64,000 nt of DNA, from the IMG/VR virus record IMGVR_UViG_3300031088_000775. One strand, written 5' to 3'. Both the position numbers and the translations under genes were made by a program. This DNA comes from an uncultured virus (IMG/VR IMGVR_UViG_3300031088_000775) (Duplodnaviria > Heunggongvirae > Uroviricota > Caudoviricetes). Below are positions 47,723-57,175 of this stretch, in pieces. The notes below the pieces were generated by a model. That model searched no databases and had not been told where the DNA came from. It worked only from the letters and a program-made list of their open reading frames with translations. Position 1 is the first letter of the stretch; each line of letters begins with the position of its first letter.

Positions 47723-48736
47723 ATGGCTATTAAAGAAAACGGAGAAACAATGACACAGTTTGAAACAGACCGCCAAATCATCAAAGATAAATTGGCTGAC
47801 TGGACTAAAAACCTTGAAGAAAAATTCGAGGTGACTCTAACTGAAGACTCAGTAAAGATTAAGAATATTCTCATCGACTTCAGTGCTTCAGGGGAATCCT
47901 CACAAGCAATGAAAGATCGAAAGTATAAGCTTCTAGAAGAAGGTATCGAACTATACTACGTTTACCCTTGGGATGTTAAGAACATTGATAGCATGATCAG
48001 CCACTTCAACTCTAAACTAGGTCTTGACGAGATTAAGCTATCCGCAAGAAGACTTAAAGTAGAGAAAATTGACAATACCTTAGCAAATGCCTTCGCAAAA
48101 GAAAACCACATTCAGAAGTCTGCTAACGGTCCAGGTAAAATCAGTTACGCTCTCCGTGACAAGAAAACAGGCGAGATCATGGCAGTACAGCAATACTGCA
48201 AGTCTCGATGGAGTCTTAAAGCAGGTGATCCTGGAGTTTGGGAGGGTCTACGTCTAGTTATTAAGAATGGTGTTCAAATCCACGGTGCTGCCACAAGACT
48301 TCAAAAAGCTTTTATTAAAGATGAGAATCCTAATAAGCTCATGAGCTATGTAGACTTCAGCCACTCGCTAGGTAATTATAAGGCGACTCAAGGGTTCACC
48401 CTAGATGAACTCAAAGGCGATAGCTACATGTGGGTTCTCATGACAGATGATCCGTATGACTTAATGATTATTGACAAAGATGGCGAAGAGCGCCACCCAG
48501 ATCTTGAGAAAGTTCTAAAAACACCATATTTGAATCCTAATACTGTCGCCGGCCCCTTCGGAAAAGGCTGCGGAGTATTACTATATGGTGGTCGAAAATT
48601 AGGTTCTCGCAAGATCTTGAAAGAGAAAGGCAACGTCGAGTATCATAACGACATGTTCCTTGAAAAAATCGGCTACCAGCGAGTATACACCGCGGGTCAA
48701 CTCCGCTGGTCTATCACTTTACACGATGGTGAATAA
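47723..48736 (+). CDS. Hef-like/Mom-like GNAT-fold phage protein
   Basis: ARRL..FAKENHIQ..WEGLRL..IHGAATRL..LMSYVDF..G..Y..GF pattern seen in phage Hef-like endonuclease C-terminal/Mom-type acetyltransferase domains. Confidence 0.5.
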   Translation: MAIKENGETMTQFETDRQIIKDKLADWTKNLEEKFEVTLTEDSVKIKNILIDFSASGESSQAMKDRKYKLLEEGIELYYVYPWDVKNIDSMISHFNSKLGLDEIKLSARRLKVEKIDNTLANAFAKENHIQKSANGPGKISYALRDKKTGEIMAVQQYCKSRWSLKAGDPGVWEGLRLVIKNGVQIHGAATRLQKAFIKDENPNKLMSYVDFSHSLGNYKATQGFTLDELKGDSYMWVLMTDDPYDLMIIDKDGEERHPDLEKVLKTPYLNPNTVAGPFGKGCGVLLYGGRKLGSRKILKEKGNVEYHNDMFLEKIGYQRVYTAGQLRWSITLHDGE

Positions 48737-48826
48737 AGTCTGAATATTTCAATAAAATACTCTAAAAAGTTCGGTAAAATACTAGGAATAGTAACCACCG
48801 AACTTTTTTAGAGTGAGAGGAAATAA

Positions 48827-50440
48827 ATGAAGCAAATTGTCTCACCGTATTTAAAACAAGAGTCAGAGAGTTTATTAGACTACCCTGAAATAGCTAAATT
48901 TTGGTCAAAATTAAATAATATCTCTATGGAAAATATCTCTTCTAAGTCTTATCTTGATTTTATATGGAATTGCACTAATGGGCTAGACCATATTTTTAGT
49001 AGATCACCGGGGAAAATGCTCTTAAATCAAAATTGTCCAATCTGTACTTTCAGAGAATTATTAGTAGGTTTTAATGATTTAGAAACAACACATCCAGAAG
49101 TTGCTAAAAGTTGGTCTCCTGAAAATGAACTAAAAGCCTCAGAAGTTATGCAAAGTAATACTAAGAAATTCTATTGGGTAGATGATTATGGACATTCGTA
49201 TAAGCATTCAGTTTATGATGTAGTTACCTTAAATAAAGGATGTAAGTATTGCTCTGGACAGGCTGTTCTTGCTGGATTTAATGACCTCGCTACGACTGCC
49301 CCTGAAGAAGTGGAGTTTTGGGATTATGAGAAAAATGAGTTTTATACTCCAGAAACTATCAGCAAAGGCTCTAATAAATTAGTCTGGTGGAAATGTTCTA
49401 AAGGTCATAGTGTTGAAAGATCGCCGAAATCTTGGATAAAGAATCATTGTGATTATTGTTCTGGCCGCAAAGTCTTAGTAGGCTTTAATGATGTTTTCAC
49501 TGTAGCACCTCACTTAAAAGATGAGTGGGACTATGAGAAGAATACTCTTGATCCTCTAACCTTACGCTTCAATTATCGAGAGAAAGTTTGGTAGAAGTGC
49601 AAGAAATGCTCTCATTCTTGGGAAAGTATTTTAAGAAGTAGATCACAAAAAGATGCGGGTTGCCCAGATTGCGCTATTAATACTTCTTTTCTAGAAGAAA
49701 TTGTAAATAATTTTCTTAAAGAGAATTATAGTGGAATTATTTGGCGGCAACGTAGACCAATTCAGGGTCCAAATCAAAAGCTAGAGCTAGACTTTTGGCT
49801 TCCAGAAATAAACCTAGGTATAGAAGTTCAAGACTTCACTACTCACTCTAGAGACTCTGATAGGGAATACACTGATTATCGAGCCTATTCGAACAAGCAG
49901 AATTACAAGAAAGGTCCGACATATCATGATAATAAAAGAAGACTTGCTAAAGAGCAGTTAGATGTTACAGTTTTAGAGTTATGGGAAGACGAGATTCGTG
50001 CAGGCGAAAAATCTATCTTTGAAATTCTACAAGACTATCTAAATATTTCTACTCCAGTGATCACCAATAAGAACATTCAAAAAATGATAGAGTCAAGGAA
50101 AATCGCTTTTAAAAGTCTCGATCAGTCTGTTAATCCCATGACATTTAATGATTTTAATAGTAAGAAAAAGCGGGATGAATTATATTGGATTTGTAATCTA
50201 GGGCATAGCTATAAAGCAACTGTCGTAAAGAAAATAAGTTCATCTAGAGCTTGTACTATATGTAATTCAGAAAAACTTTTTGAGCTGTTAAAATGCGAAA
50301 CTCATGGGCTTTCTAAACATAAAGACGGAAGGTGCTATAAATGTCTTATGTCTAAAGTTACTGTCATGAAAGAGTGCTTAATTCACGGGGAAACTAAGCA
50401 TCGTGGAGAAAGTTGTTATAGATGCCGCAATAGAAAATAA
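48827..50440 (+). pseudogene. Zinc-ribbon repeat plus PD-(D/E)XK endonuclease plus CHHC-type repeats, interrupted by an in-frame TAG
   Basis: KVW-TAG-KC at 49592-49594 where the paralogous repeat has LVWWKC. The frame stays open (ELDFWLPEINLGIEVQDF..H..LWEDEI) and runs into ORF 50057-50440. Confidence 0.85.
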
Positions 50441-50574
50441 ATCTAGGTAAAGACTTGCTTTTAAAAAGCTTCTGATTTTCTATTTCTGACTCTCTGCCGA
50501 AGGATCTTCCGCTTTTTCTATTTCCCGCTTGAGTCTTATTTAATATAATTTTGGAAGTTTCTGAAAAGATTATC

Positions 50575-50919
50575 CTACTTCTTACCGCTTGTAAAAATGC
50601 AGTCCGGATAGTTCATTCCTGGTTCGCAAAGTTCATAACCTTTTTCTGAAAGATCAACCCAACCGCTTGATTCTCCAGAACTAATGTTGATCTTCCATTT
50701 CTCAGGCGTGTCAAGCGGCATCATCATAGATGAGGAGCACCCTCCGTTAGCGCCGTAGGATACACATTGATTGTAGTATGTAGTAGATGCGGGGGTGTGC
50801 TTTTTAGACACAATAACACCTGAAGTAGGCGCGGGCTCTGAACAACTAGTAAGTGACGTAACGCTAATTAGAAGTAAACCAGCTGCGGCTACAATCTTAC
50901 TTTTAGAAATGGTTTTCAT
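50575..50919 (-). CDS. Lipoprotein
   Basis: Signal peptide with lipobox LTSC; phage-like small Cys-containing domain. Confidence 0.75.
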   Translation of the reverse strand: MKTISKSKIVAAAGLLLISVTSLTSCSEPAPTSGVIVSKKHTPASTTYYNQCVSYGANGGCSSSMMMPLDTPEKWKINISSGESSGWVDLSEKGYELCEPGMNYPDCIFTSGKK

Positions 50920-51150
50920 TTTTTATAATCCTTAAATATTTCTTTTAATAGAACATTATTTTAAGTAATCTTACCATAAAAGTGACGAGTAAGCGACGAG
51001 AATAGGAAAATGTTAAAAATTAAAAAGAGCTTTAAAGCGCGTCAGATGAATAGCAGTCTGAGTAACGATTGATAAAATATATAGTAAAGTTAAGTAATAT
51101 AAAAACTGTTATTTCGAATAGCGTAACTAGGGATAGAAAGAAAATTATTC

Positions 51151-52071
51151 ATGAAACAGAATGAAACTTCTAGAGTCTGCGATAATTGCAACGAAAACTT
51201 CTCCCCTAGATCTCACAATTCTAAAAATTGCAGAAAAATTATTATCAACAAATGTTTACAATGCGAAAAGAATATAGAAACAATCTGCTCTACCTCTGAA
51301 AGTAAGAAATACTGCAATCCCTCTTGTAGAAACAAATATATGAGAAGCAAGAAATACAGGATTTCTACAACAAAAATATGCAATATCTGTAATAACGAGT
51401 ATATTCCAACAAGCAGTAAGCAAAGAGTCTGCAATTTAGATCACTCGAAAAAATGCAAATTCTGTAATGAAGAGTATACTCCTATAACTCAGAAGTATTT
51501 TACTGAAAGCAATAAATACTGCGATAATATTTGCTCAACTCTCGCTCAAGGGAACTCTAAAATAGACAAAACTCTCCTCAAAGAGTATAAGAATCCTGAC
51601 CAATGGGCTTTAGAATTCAAAAAGACTTCTGGAAGAAAGCCTAAAAAAGTTGAGTTTCTCATGTACTTCGGCTTAAAAGTTCCACCATTCGCTGACATGA
51701 AACTATTCGAGGAAACTAGAGACTCTAAACTAGAATTAACAGTAGTTCATTATTTAAAGTCTATAGGACTAGAAGAAGGAAAAGATTTCTTACGCCGCTC
51801 ACGATTTAAGATTAATAATCGCTGGTTTGAAGTAGACATATACCTCCCTGAACTCAATATAGGGATTGAGGTACAAGATTTTGATACTCATACTCGAGAA
51901 GAGTCAAGCGTATCGGATAAGTACGGTAATCCTATAAAAGATAAACGATACCATGAGAGAAAAAGATTAGCCTTACGCGAGTTAGGCATTACAGTCTTTG
52001 AATTATGGGAGGACGAAATTATCAGTGGAGATTTTGCGAAGACTATTCATAAAATGCTAGTTTTAAATTAA
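51151..52071 (+). CDS. Cys-rich zinc-finger plus PD-(D/E)XK/DUF559-like endonuclease (putative homing endonuclease)
   Basis: Several CxxC..YC..C fingers; EVDIYLPELNIGIEVQDFDTH..LWEDEI, paralogous to the nuclease domain at ~49780-50000. Confidence 0.75.
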   Translation: MKQNETSRVCDNCNENFSPRSHNSKNCRKIIINKCLQCEKNIETICSTSESKKYCNPSCRNKYMRSKKYRISTTKICNICNNEYIPTSSKQRVCNLDHSKKCKFCNEEYTPITQKYFTESNKYCDNICSTLAQGNSKIDKTLLKEYKNPDQWALEFKKTSGRKPKKVEFLMYFGLKVPPFADMKLFEETRDSKLELTVVHYLKSIGLEEGKDFLRRSRFKINNRWFEVDIYLPELNIGIEVQDFDTHTREESSVSDKYGNPIKDKRYHERKRLALRELGITVFELWEDEIISGDFAKTIHKMLVLN

Positions 52072-52150
52072 ACGCGGGATTAGAGTTAAAGCTTATTCTT
52101 AAATTGGTAAAATGTGGATAAACATTGTGAAAGAGAAAGTTTTTTAAAAA

Positions 52151-52984
52151 ATGGGAATTATTGGATATGTATACAGAACTGACTGTTCATGCGGGAAAGT
52201 TTATGTGGGACTTAGTAGAAAAATAGACTTAAACTCCTGTATGACTTATTTAGGTAGCGGTCACGCTTTTTTAAAACATCTAAAAATAAATGATGATCAT
52301 ACTCAAGAGAAAACAATTCTTAAATTTTTCACTGATAATAGTCTTCTTGAGGAATATGAATCTACTTTAATAAAAATAACTAAAAAGAGATTTCAGGAAA
52401 ACTGCTTAAATCTAACTACAAGAAAACAGAGTTATTCATGTGAAGAGTGCGGATCGTACTCAAGTCATATTAAAACTTGCTCGAAGTATAGATTAAACAT
52501 CTGTTCTGAATGTGGGTCAAAAAATAAAGGAAGTCATTTTAAGGTCTGCTCTAAAAGCAATGTTACTGTATGCATAGAATGTAAAGGTAAATCAGGGCAA
52601 CATTTTAAATTTTGCACTCTGTATAACGCGAAAAAAGTTTGCCCCGAATGTAATAAAACGAGCGGGCCTCATAAAAACAATTGTAGTAGCTATAAAATAC
52701 CGAAATCTTGTGAGGAGTGTAATTCAAAATTACGACATAAGAAGACATGCTCACAGTACCATTACAAAAAGTGTGAAGAATGCGATGGGACTTTAAATAG
52801 CCACAAGTCTATATGTTCTAAATTTAAAATTAAAGGATTTTGTTTAGACTGTGAAGCTTCTTTTGGTCAGCATTATAAGAAATGTAAAAAATATATAGAA
52901 AAGAAAAGTTGTGAAGCATGTGGGGCAAAAAGCGGTAATCACAAAAAGCTCTGCCCTAAAGTCCCTAAAAGCGCTAAAACTTGA
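52151..52984 (+). CDS. GIY-YIG (Seg-like) endonuclease with 8 tandem C-x2-C-x5-7-H-x3-C repeats
   Basis: GYVY..VYVG..YLGSG..E..N catalytic pattern, then CEECGSYSSHIKTC-type repeats. Confidence 0.8.
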   Translation: MGIIGYVYRTDCSCGKVYVGLSRKIDLNSCMTYLGSGHAFLKHLKINDDHTQEKTILKFFTDNSLLEEYESTLIKITKKRFQENCLNLTTRKQSYSCEECGSYSSHIKTCSKYRLNICSECGSKNKGSHFKVCSKSNVTVCIECKGKSGQHFKFCTLYNAKKVCPECNKTSGPHKNNCSSYKIPKSCEECNSKLRHKKTCSQYHYKKCEECDGTLNSHKSICSKFKIKGFCLDCEASFGQHYKKCKKYIEKKSCEACGAKSGNHKKLCPKVPKSAKT

Positions 52985-53079
52985 TATAATAGTAGTGGTT
53001 GAAAAGACTATAAGTAATAATAAGACTAACAATCAGTAAATAGATGTGTAGTCTAATTTTAAAAATTAAGGTAGGATTA

Positions 53080-55212
53080 ATGGCTAATAAAGTAGATACT
53101 AGCTACACAGCAGATGACATTACCCAGCTCGAGTATCCAATGTCGATCTGGAAGCGCCCGAGTATGTATCTCGGTGAACGCGGGACTCAGCAGTCCGTCG
53201 GCGTTCGCGAGATCATAGATAACGCCGTCCATGAATCGGTTCGCGGTTTCGCCTCTAGAGTTAAAGTAACTTTCGGTAAAGACGCTTCAGTCACTGTGCA
53301 GGACAATGGTAGGGGTTTGCCAACTGATACTAACGCGAAGAACGGCAAGAACGGCATCATCTTAACTATGGCTACACTCCATGCAGGTGCGAACTTCGGC
53401 TCTAACGTCGCTACTGGTAAGGCCGGAGCCGGATTGAATGGTGTAGGCGCCAGCGCGACAAACGCTCTTTCTAAAAGATTTGATGCTATTGTTTACAAAT
53501 CAGGAAAATGCCATAAACTAAGCTTCAAAGACGGGTTTGCTGGACAGTTCGATGGCGAGACGCCTGAAGACGAGTTCACTCGCACTAATGAGATTACTGT
53601 AGAGAAAGATTCTAGAAAGCCTGCTGAAAAGAAAGACTTTAAGAATGGTACTATTATTCGCTTCTGGTTCAATCAAGAACGTTTTCCTAAAGATGAAGCT
53701 ATTGACATTGATGATCTAGTTGATCGCTTAAAGTACACTGCTTACATTGTTCCTGGTTTACATATTGAGATTGTTGATGAAAACCGCGAGTATGAAGACG
53801 GTTCAGCCTATTCATGGGAATTCGTTTCTGAGCATGGTCTTGATGAAATGATTGAAGTCATGGCTCCTGATGAAGTTCTTCCTAACACTACAGCAAAGGG
53901 GAATCCTTTCGCTGAGAAGGGTATTCATAGAATCACTACTGAAGGTCACTATAATGAGGTAACAGCTGATGAAGAGGGTAAGATCATCACTGCTAAGCGT
54001 ACTGTTACTGCTGAGGTTTCGTTCCGTTATGGTATTGGTTATGAGAAGAATTTAGCAAGCTTTGTAAATACTATTCACACTCACTTAGGTGGTGTGCATG
54101 AGCAGGCTTTCGAGAAGTCTCTTGTTGATGCCTTTGGTGAGAGAATGTCATCTATGCGTGGAGTATTAACCGCTAAAGATGATTCACCTATTATTGATGA
54201 TTTCTTTGAGGGTATGACTGTAGCTCTTTCTGTTAACGTTCCTGAGCCTCAGTTCGTTGGTCAGCAGAAAGATAAGCTGTCTGGTCCTGAGGTTAAGAAA
54301 GCGTTGACTAAAGCTTTAACTGCAGCGTTTAAAGAGTTCGCTAATGATAATGCTAATCAGAAGTTCCTCCGTCCGATGTTCGAGAAGGTTGTTACAGCTT
54401 CTAAAAACCGTAAAGCTGCTTTAGAGGCGAAGGTCGCTAAGCGTAAGTCAAGTGCGGTTACCTCTGCTTCTCTTCCTGCGAAGTTGTCTGATTGTGACAT
54501 TACGGGTACGGATGAATCAGAATTGCTTATTTGTGAGGGTGACTCTGCAAAAGGTACTATTGTTAAGGCTCGTGATGCGACTTACCAGGCGGTTCTACCT
54601 ATTAGAGGTAAGATCTTGAATGCTTTCAAGGCTTCTAACTCTAAGATCATGGACAATAAAGAAATTACTGAGATCGCTAAAGCGCTTGGTGCTGGTTTTG
54701 GTAAAGATTTTGACATTGAGAAGATTCGCTATGGTAAAGTAATTTTCGCGACTGACGCTGACGTTGACGGTCTACAGATTTGCAATCTTCTTTACACTGT
54801 TTTCAATCAGATGTTCCGACCAATGCTTGATGAGGGCCGAATCTACCAGGCGATGCCACCTCTTTATGAAGTTACAGTAGGTTCAGGTAAGAAGCAAGAA
54901 TTGATTTATGTTTTGAATGATGCTGAATTGCCTGGTGTACTTGCTAAACTTGAGAAAGATGGGAAAACTTATCAGATTGATCGCAATAAGGGTCTAGGCC
55001 AAATGTCTCCTCAGTCATTCTATGATACGGTTCTCGATCCTGAGAATAGAACTCTTCGTCGTATTACTGCTGAAGAGCCGGCGAAGGAATTGTCAGCTTT
55101 AGAGTTGACTATGGGTGATAACTCTCAGGAGCGTAAAGACTTCATGGGGGATAACTTCCAGGTTGCTATTGATTCGGGTCTTGTTGAGGGCTTCGAGAGC
55201 GGTAGCGATTAA
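53080..55212 (+). CDS. gyrB: Type IIA DNA topoisomerase subunit B (GyrB/ParE)
   Basis: KRPSMYLG, EIIDN, DNGRGLP, NALS, EGDSA, PIRGKILN, TDADVDG, KGLGQM. Start at MANKVD after an AGGA RBS. Confidence 0.93.
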   Translation: MANKVDTSYTADDITQLEYPMSIWKRPSMYLGERGTQQSVGVREIIDNAVHESVRGFASRVKVTFGKDASVTVQDNGRGLPTDTNAKNGKNGIILTMATLHAGANFGSNVATGKAGAGLNGVGASATNALSKRFDAIVYKSGKCHKLSFKDGFAGQFDGETPEDEFTRTNEITVEKDSRKPAEKKDFKNGTIIRFWFNQERFPKDEAIDIDDLVDRLKYTAYIVPGLHIEIVDENREYEDGSAYSWEFVSEHGLDEMIEVMAPDEVLPNTTAKGNPFAEKGIHRITTEGHYNEVTADEEGKIITAKRTVTAEVSFRYGIGYEKNLASFVNTIHTHLGGVHEQAFEKSLVDAFGERMSSMRGVLTAKDDSPIIDDFFEGMTVALSVNVPEPQFVGQQKDKLSGPEVKKALTKALTAAFKEFANDNANQKFLRPMFEKVVTASKNRKAALEAKVAKRKSSAVTSASLPAKLSDCDITGTDESELLICEGDSAKGTIVKARDATYQAVLPIRGKILNAFKASNSKIMDNKEITEIAKALGAGFGKDFDIEKIRYGKVIFATDADVDGLQICNLLYTVFNQMFRPMLDEGRIYQAMPPLYEVTVGSGKKQELIYVLNDAELPGVLAKLEKDGKTYQIDRNKGLGQMSPQSFYDTVLDPENRTLRRITAEEPAKELSALELTMGDNSQERKDFMGDNFQVAIDSGLVEGFESGSD

Positions 55213-55294
55213 ATACTAAAAATCTTCAGGAAATCTGTTTTTAGATAAAGATCTAAAAATCTTCTAAAAATTTTTTGGAGACTATATTGTTCTT

Positions 55295-55341
55295 AAGTGC
55301 GAGGCGGGGTTGATTTGAAAGTCGATCTTCGCCTCGCACTT
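55295..55341 (+). terminator. Intrinsic terminator after gyrB
   Basis: AAGTGCGAGGCG...CGCCTCGCACTT stem followed by a T-run. Confidence 0.7.
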
Positions 55342-55400
55342 TTGTTTTGCAATGAGTTAAGAGGGAGTAAAGATTTCTTAGATGTTGATTAATGATACCT

Positions 55401-55434
55401 AACTGCAGAATTCTGACGCTTAGACTGCAGTCTA
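55401..55434 (-). repeat. Partial copy of the repeat (palindrome module)
   Basis: AACTGCAGAATTCTGACGCTTAGACTGCAGTCT is nearly identical to 56332-56364. Confidence 0.8.
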
Positions 55435-55565
55435 TCTTGATTTTAAATAATTTTTGGTTCTCGTGAGTGATTATTTATTTAGAGTCTTTGGTAAGATAAT
55501 TACTATTATTATAAAATTTTAACACCACTTAGAACATTTAAATCGCTTAAAAGAAAGGCCTCAAA

Positions 55566-56072
55566 ATGAGTCTTGATCCGATATACAGCATCACATACAC
55601 AAACGCAACTCCATATCTTATAGCGTTGGTAGCGTTTATAGTTTTAGTCAATTTTCCTTTAATTTTTAAAGTAAATGCTGCTAAGAAAAGTGAAATGTCT
55701 GTCGCAACGTTTAAGAAATTTTATGCTGCCACCATTCTTTCTTTTATAGTCACACTAGCAATTTCAGCTTTCATAATAGTTAATGGGTTGAATCTTTATT
55801 CTAATGTGACTGAGCAGCAAAGAGACTCAACTCAAAAAATTAACGAATATCTGCAGTCTGAGTATGATGTATCTCTTGTATCTGATAATGTCTTCGAATC
55901 AGATATTAATTTTATTAAAGAGAATCATGAGTACGAAAAACTTAAAGAAGTTATTTCAGTTAAAGATCATGAAAATAATCTTCTTAATGTGCGACTTGAG
56001 CCTAATGAAAATAAAACCTCAATCAAGATTATTGAAATTACAGAATCAGAGCTTACGCGAAAAGATAAATAA
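55566..56072 (+). CDS. 2-TM membrane protein
   Basis: 168 aa; GAAAGG RBS; paralog-like to 56420-56893. Confidence 0.7.
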   Translation: MSLDPIYSITYTNATPYLIALVAFIVLVNFPLIFKVNAAKKSEMSVATFKKFYAATILSFIVTLAISAFIIVNGLNLYSNVTEQQRDSTQKINEYLQSEYDVSLVSDNVFESDINFIKENHEYEKLKEVISVKDHENNLLNVRLEPNENKTSIKIIEITESELTRKDK

Positions 56073-56214
56073 ACTTAGAATTAAGTGTAAAATGAATATT
56101 TCTTTTATTTTGTTATAAGTTATTTTCAACAATTTCCACTTCGGATTTATATTTATTATAAGGCTCTTATTAAATTATTATTAGACTGTATTTACTTTTT
56201 CTAAGATCGAGTAG

Positions 56215-56365
56215 AAACTGCGCTACTAAGACCACCTAGTTAGACCCGAGGCTATCACGGCAAACTAGGTGGTCTTTTCGCGTTTAGATGCAGTTTTAAT
56301 GGAAAATGATGTCTACTGTATGACTATACCCAACTGCAGTATTTTGACGCTTAGACTGCAGTCTC
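56215..56365 (-). repeat. Intergenic structured repeat, copy 3 (inverted)
   Basis: Reverse complement matches 45440-45557 and includes the AGACTGCAGTCT palindrome (56353-56364). Confidence 0.9.
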
Positions 56366-56419
56366 GCAGTTTCTATTTTTAGAGAAATATTCAAATTTCT
56401 GAGTATTGAAAAAGAAGTG

Positions 56420-56893
56420 TCACTTCTTTAACTCTAGTTCTTTACCATTAGAGAAGATTAGAATATCTTTGTTGTCTTCAGTGACCTCTATAAATACCTG
56501 AATTCTATCTCCATCAGGATCGTTAGCCTTTATAGGAGTTTCGATTATATTTTGAACATTACCTGGATTATCGTTACTGACTGTTGAATCTAGGATTTCT
56601 ACTCCATATTTTTCATTTGCGAGTTCTACTATTTTATTGTTCGCATAGTTTAACTTTTCTAAGTTAGGCTTTTCATAGAAGTTTATAATAGTAAAACAGG
56701 AGGCGGCGACTAACAGCACTGAAGTTGTGGAGCCTAAAATTGCTGGAACTTTTTTAATCCTTCCATCAATTCCATTGAGTACAAAATAGATAAATAAAAA
56801 AATCATTCCCAAAAAAGTAAGCATACTAAGAACTGCAATAAGCTGATTAGCCGGCTCTTGAAGTATGGCTGACTGGTCAATTTCTTTTAACAT
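56420..56893 (-). CDS. 2-TM membrane protein
   Basis: Likely start MLKEID after an AGGTG RBS; two TM helices then a soluble domain. Confidence 0.7.
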   Translation of the reverse strand: MLKEIDQSAILQEPANQLIAVLSMLTFLGMIFLFIYFVLNGIDGRIKKVPAILGSTTSVLLVAASCFTIINFYEKPNLEKLNYANNKIVELANEKYGVEILDSTVSNDNPGNVQNIIETPIKANDPDGDRIQVFIEVTEDNKDILIFSNGKELELKK

Positions 56894-57175
56894 GAAACAC
56901 CTGTTTTCTTTCTTTTTATGTGAGTATTTAATCTCAAGCATAGTACCACAAAAAATTCAAAAACTTACTATTCTATTGCCAAAACTGTTACCAAAACCTA
57001 GTTTTATGCGGACTTTTGCGTATTAAAAATTCTTTTTAAAAGCTTTTTTAACCACTTGCCACTTAAATATTTCCAATTAGTAGTTTATAGCTTTTAATTG
57101 TAGGGTTTAAAAATATAAAAATACTGTGTTAAATAGTTAAGATAGATTAATTCGATTAAAAGAGGTAAAGCGCAT

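Noticed and set aside
49592..49594. Genome-wide TAG reassignment (alternative genetic code)
   Set aside because: TAG terminates several genes at sensible ends (e.g. 4285, 13891, 17384, 19084, 23749, 42589) and long conserved genes contain no internal TAG. This is an isolated lesion.
31961..56365. Assigning the repeat family to a known IS/MITE or omegaRNA
   Set aside because: No terminal inverted repeats with target duplications, and no TnpA/TnpB/IscB in the window; left unassigned.
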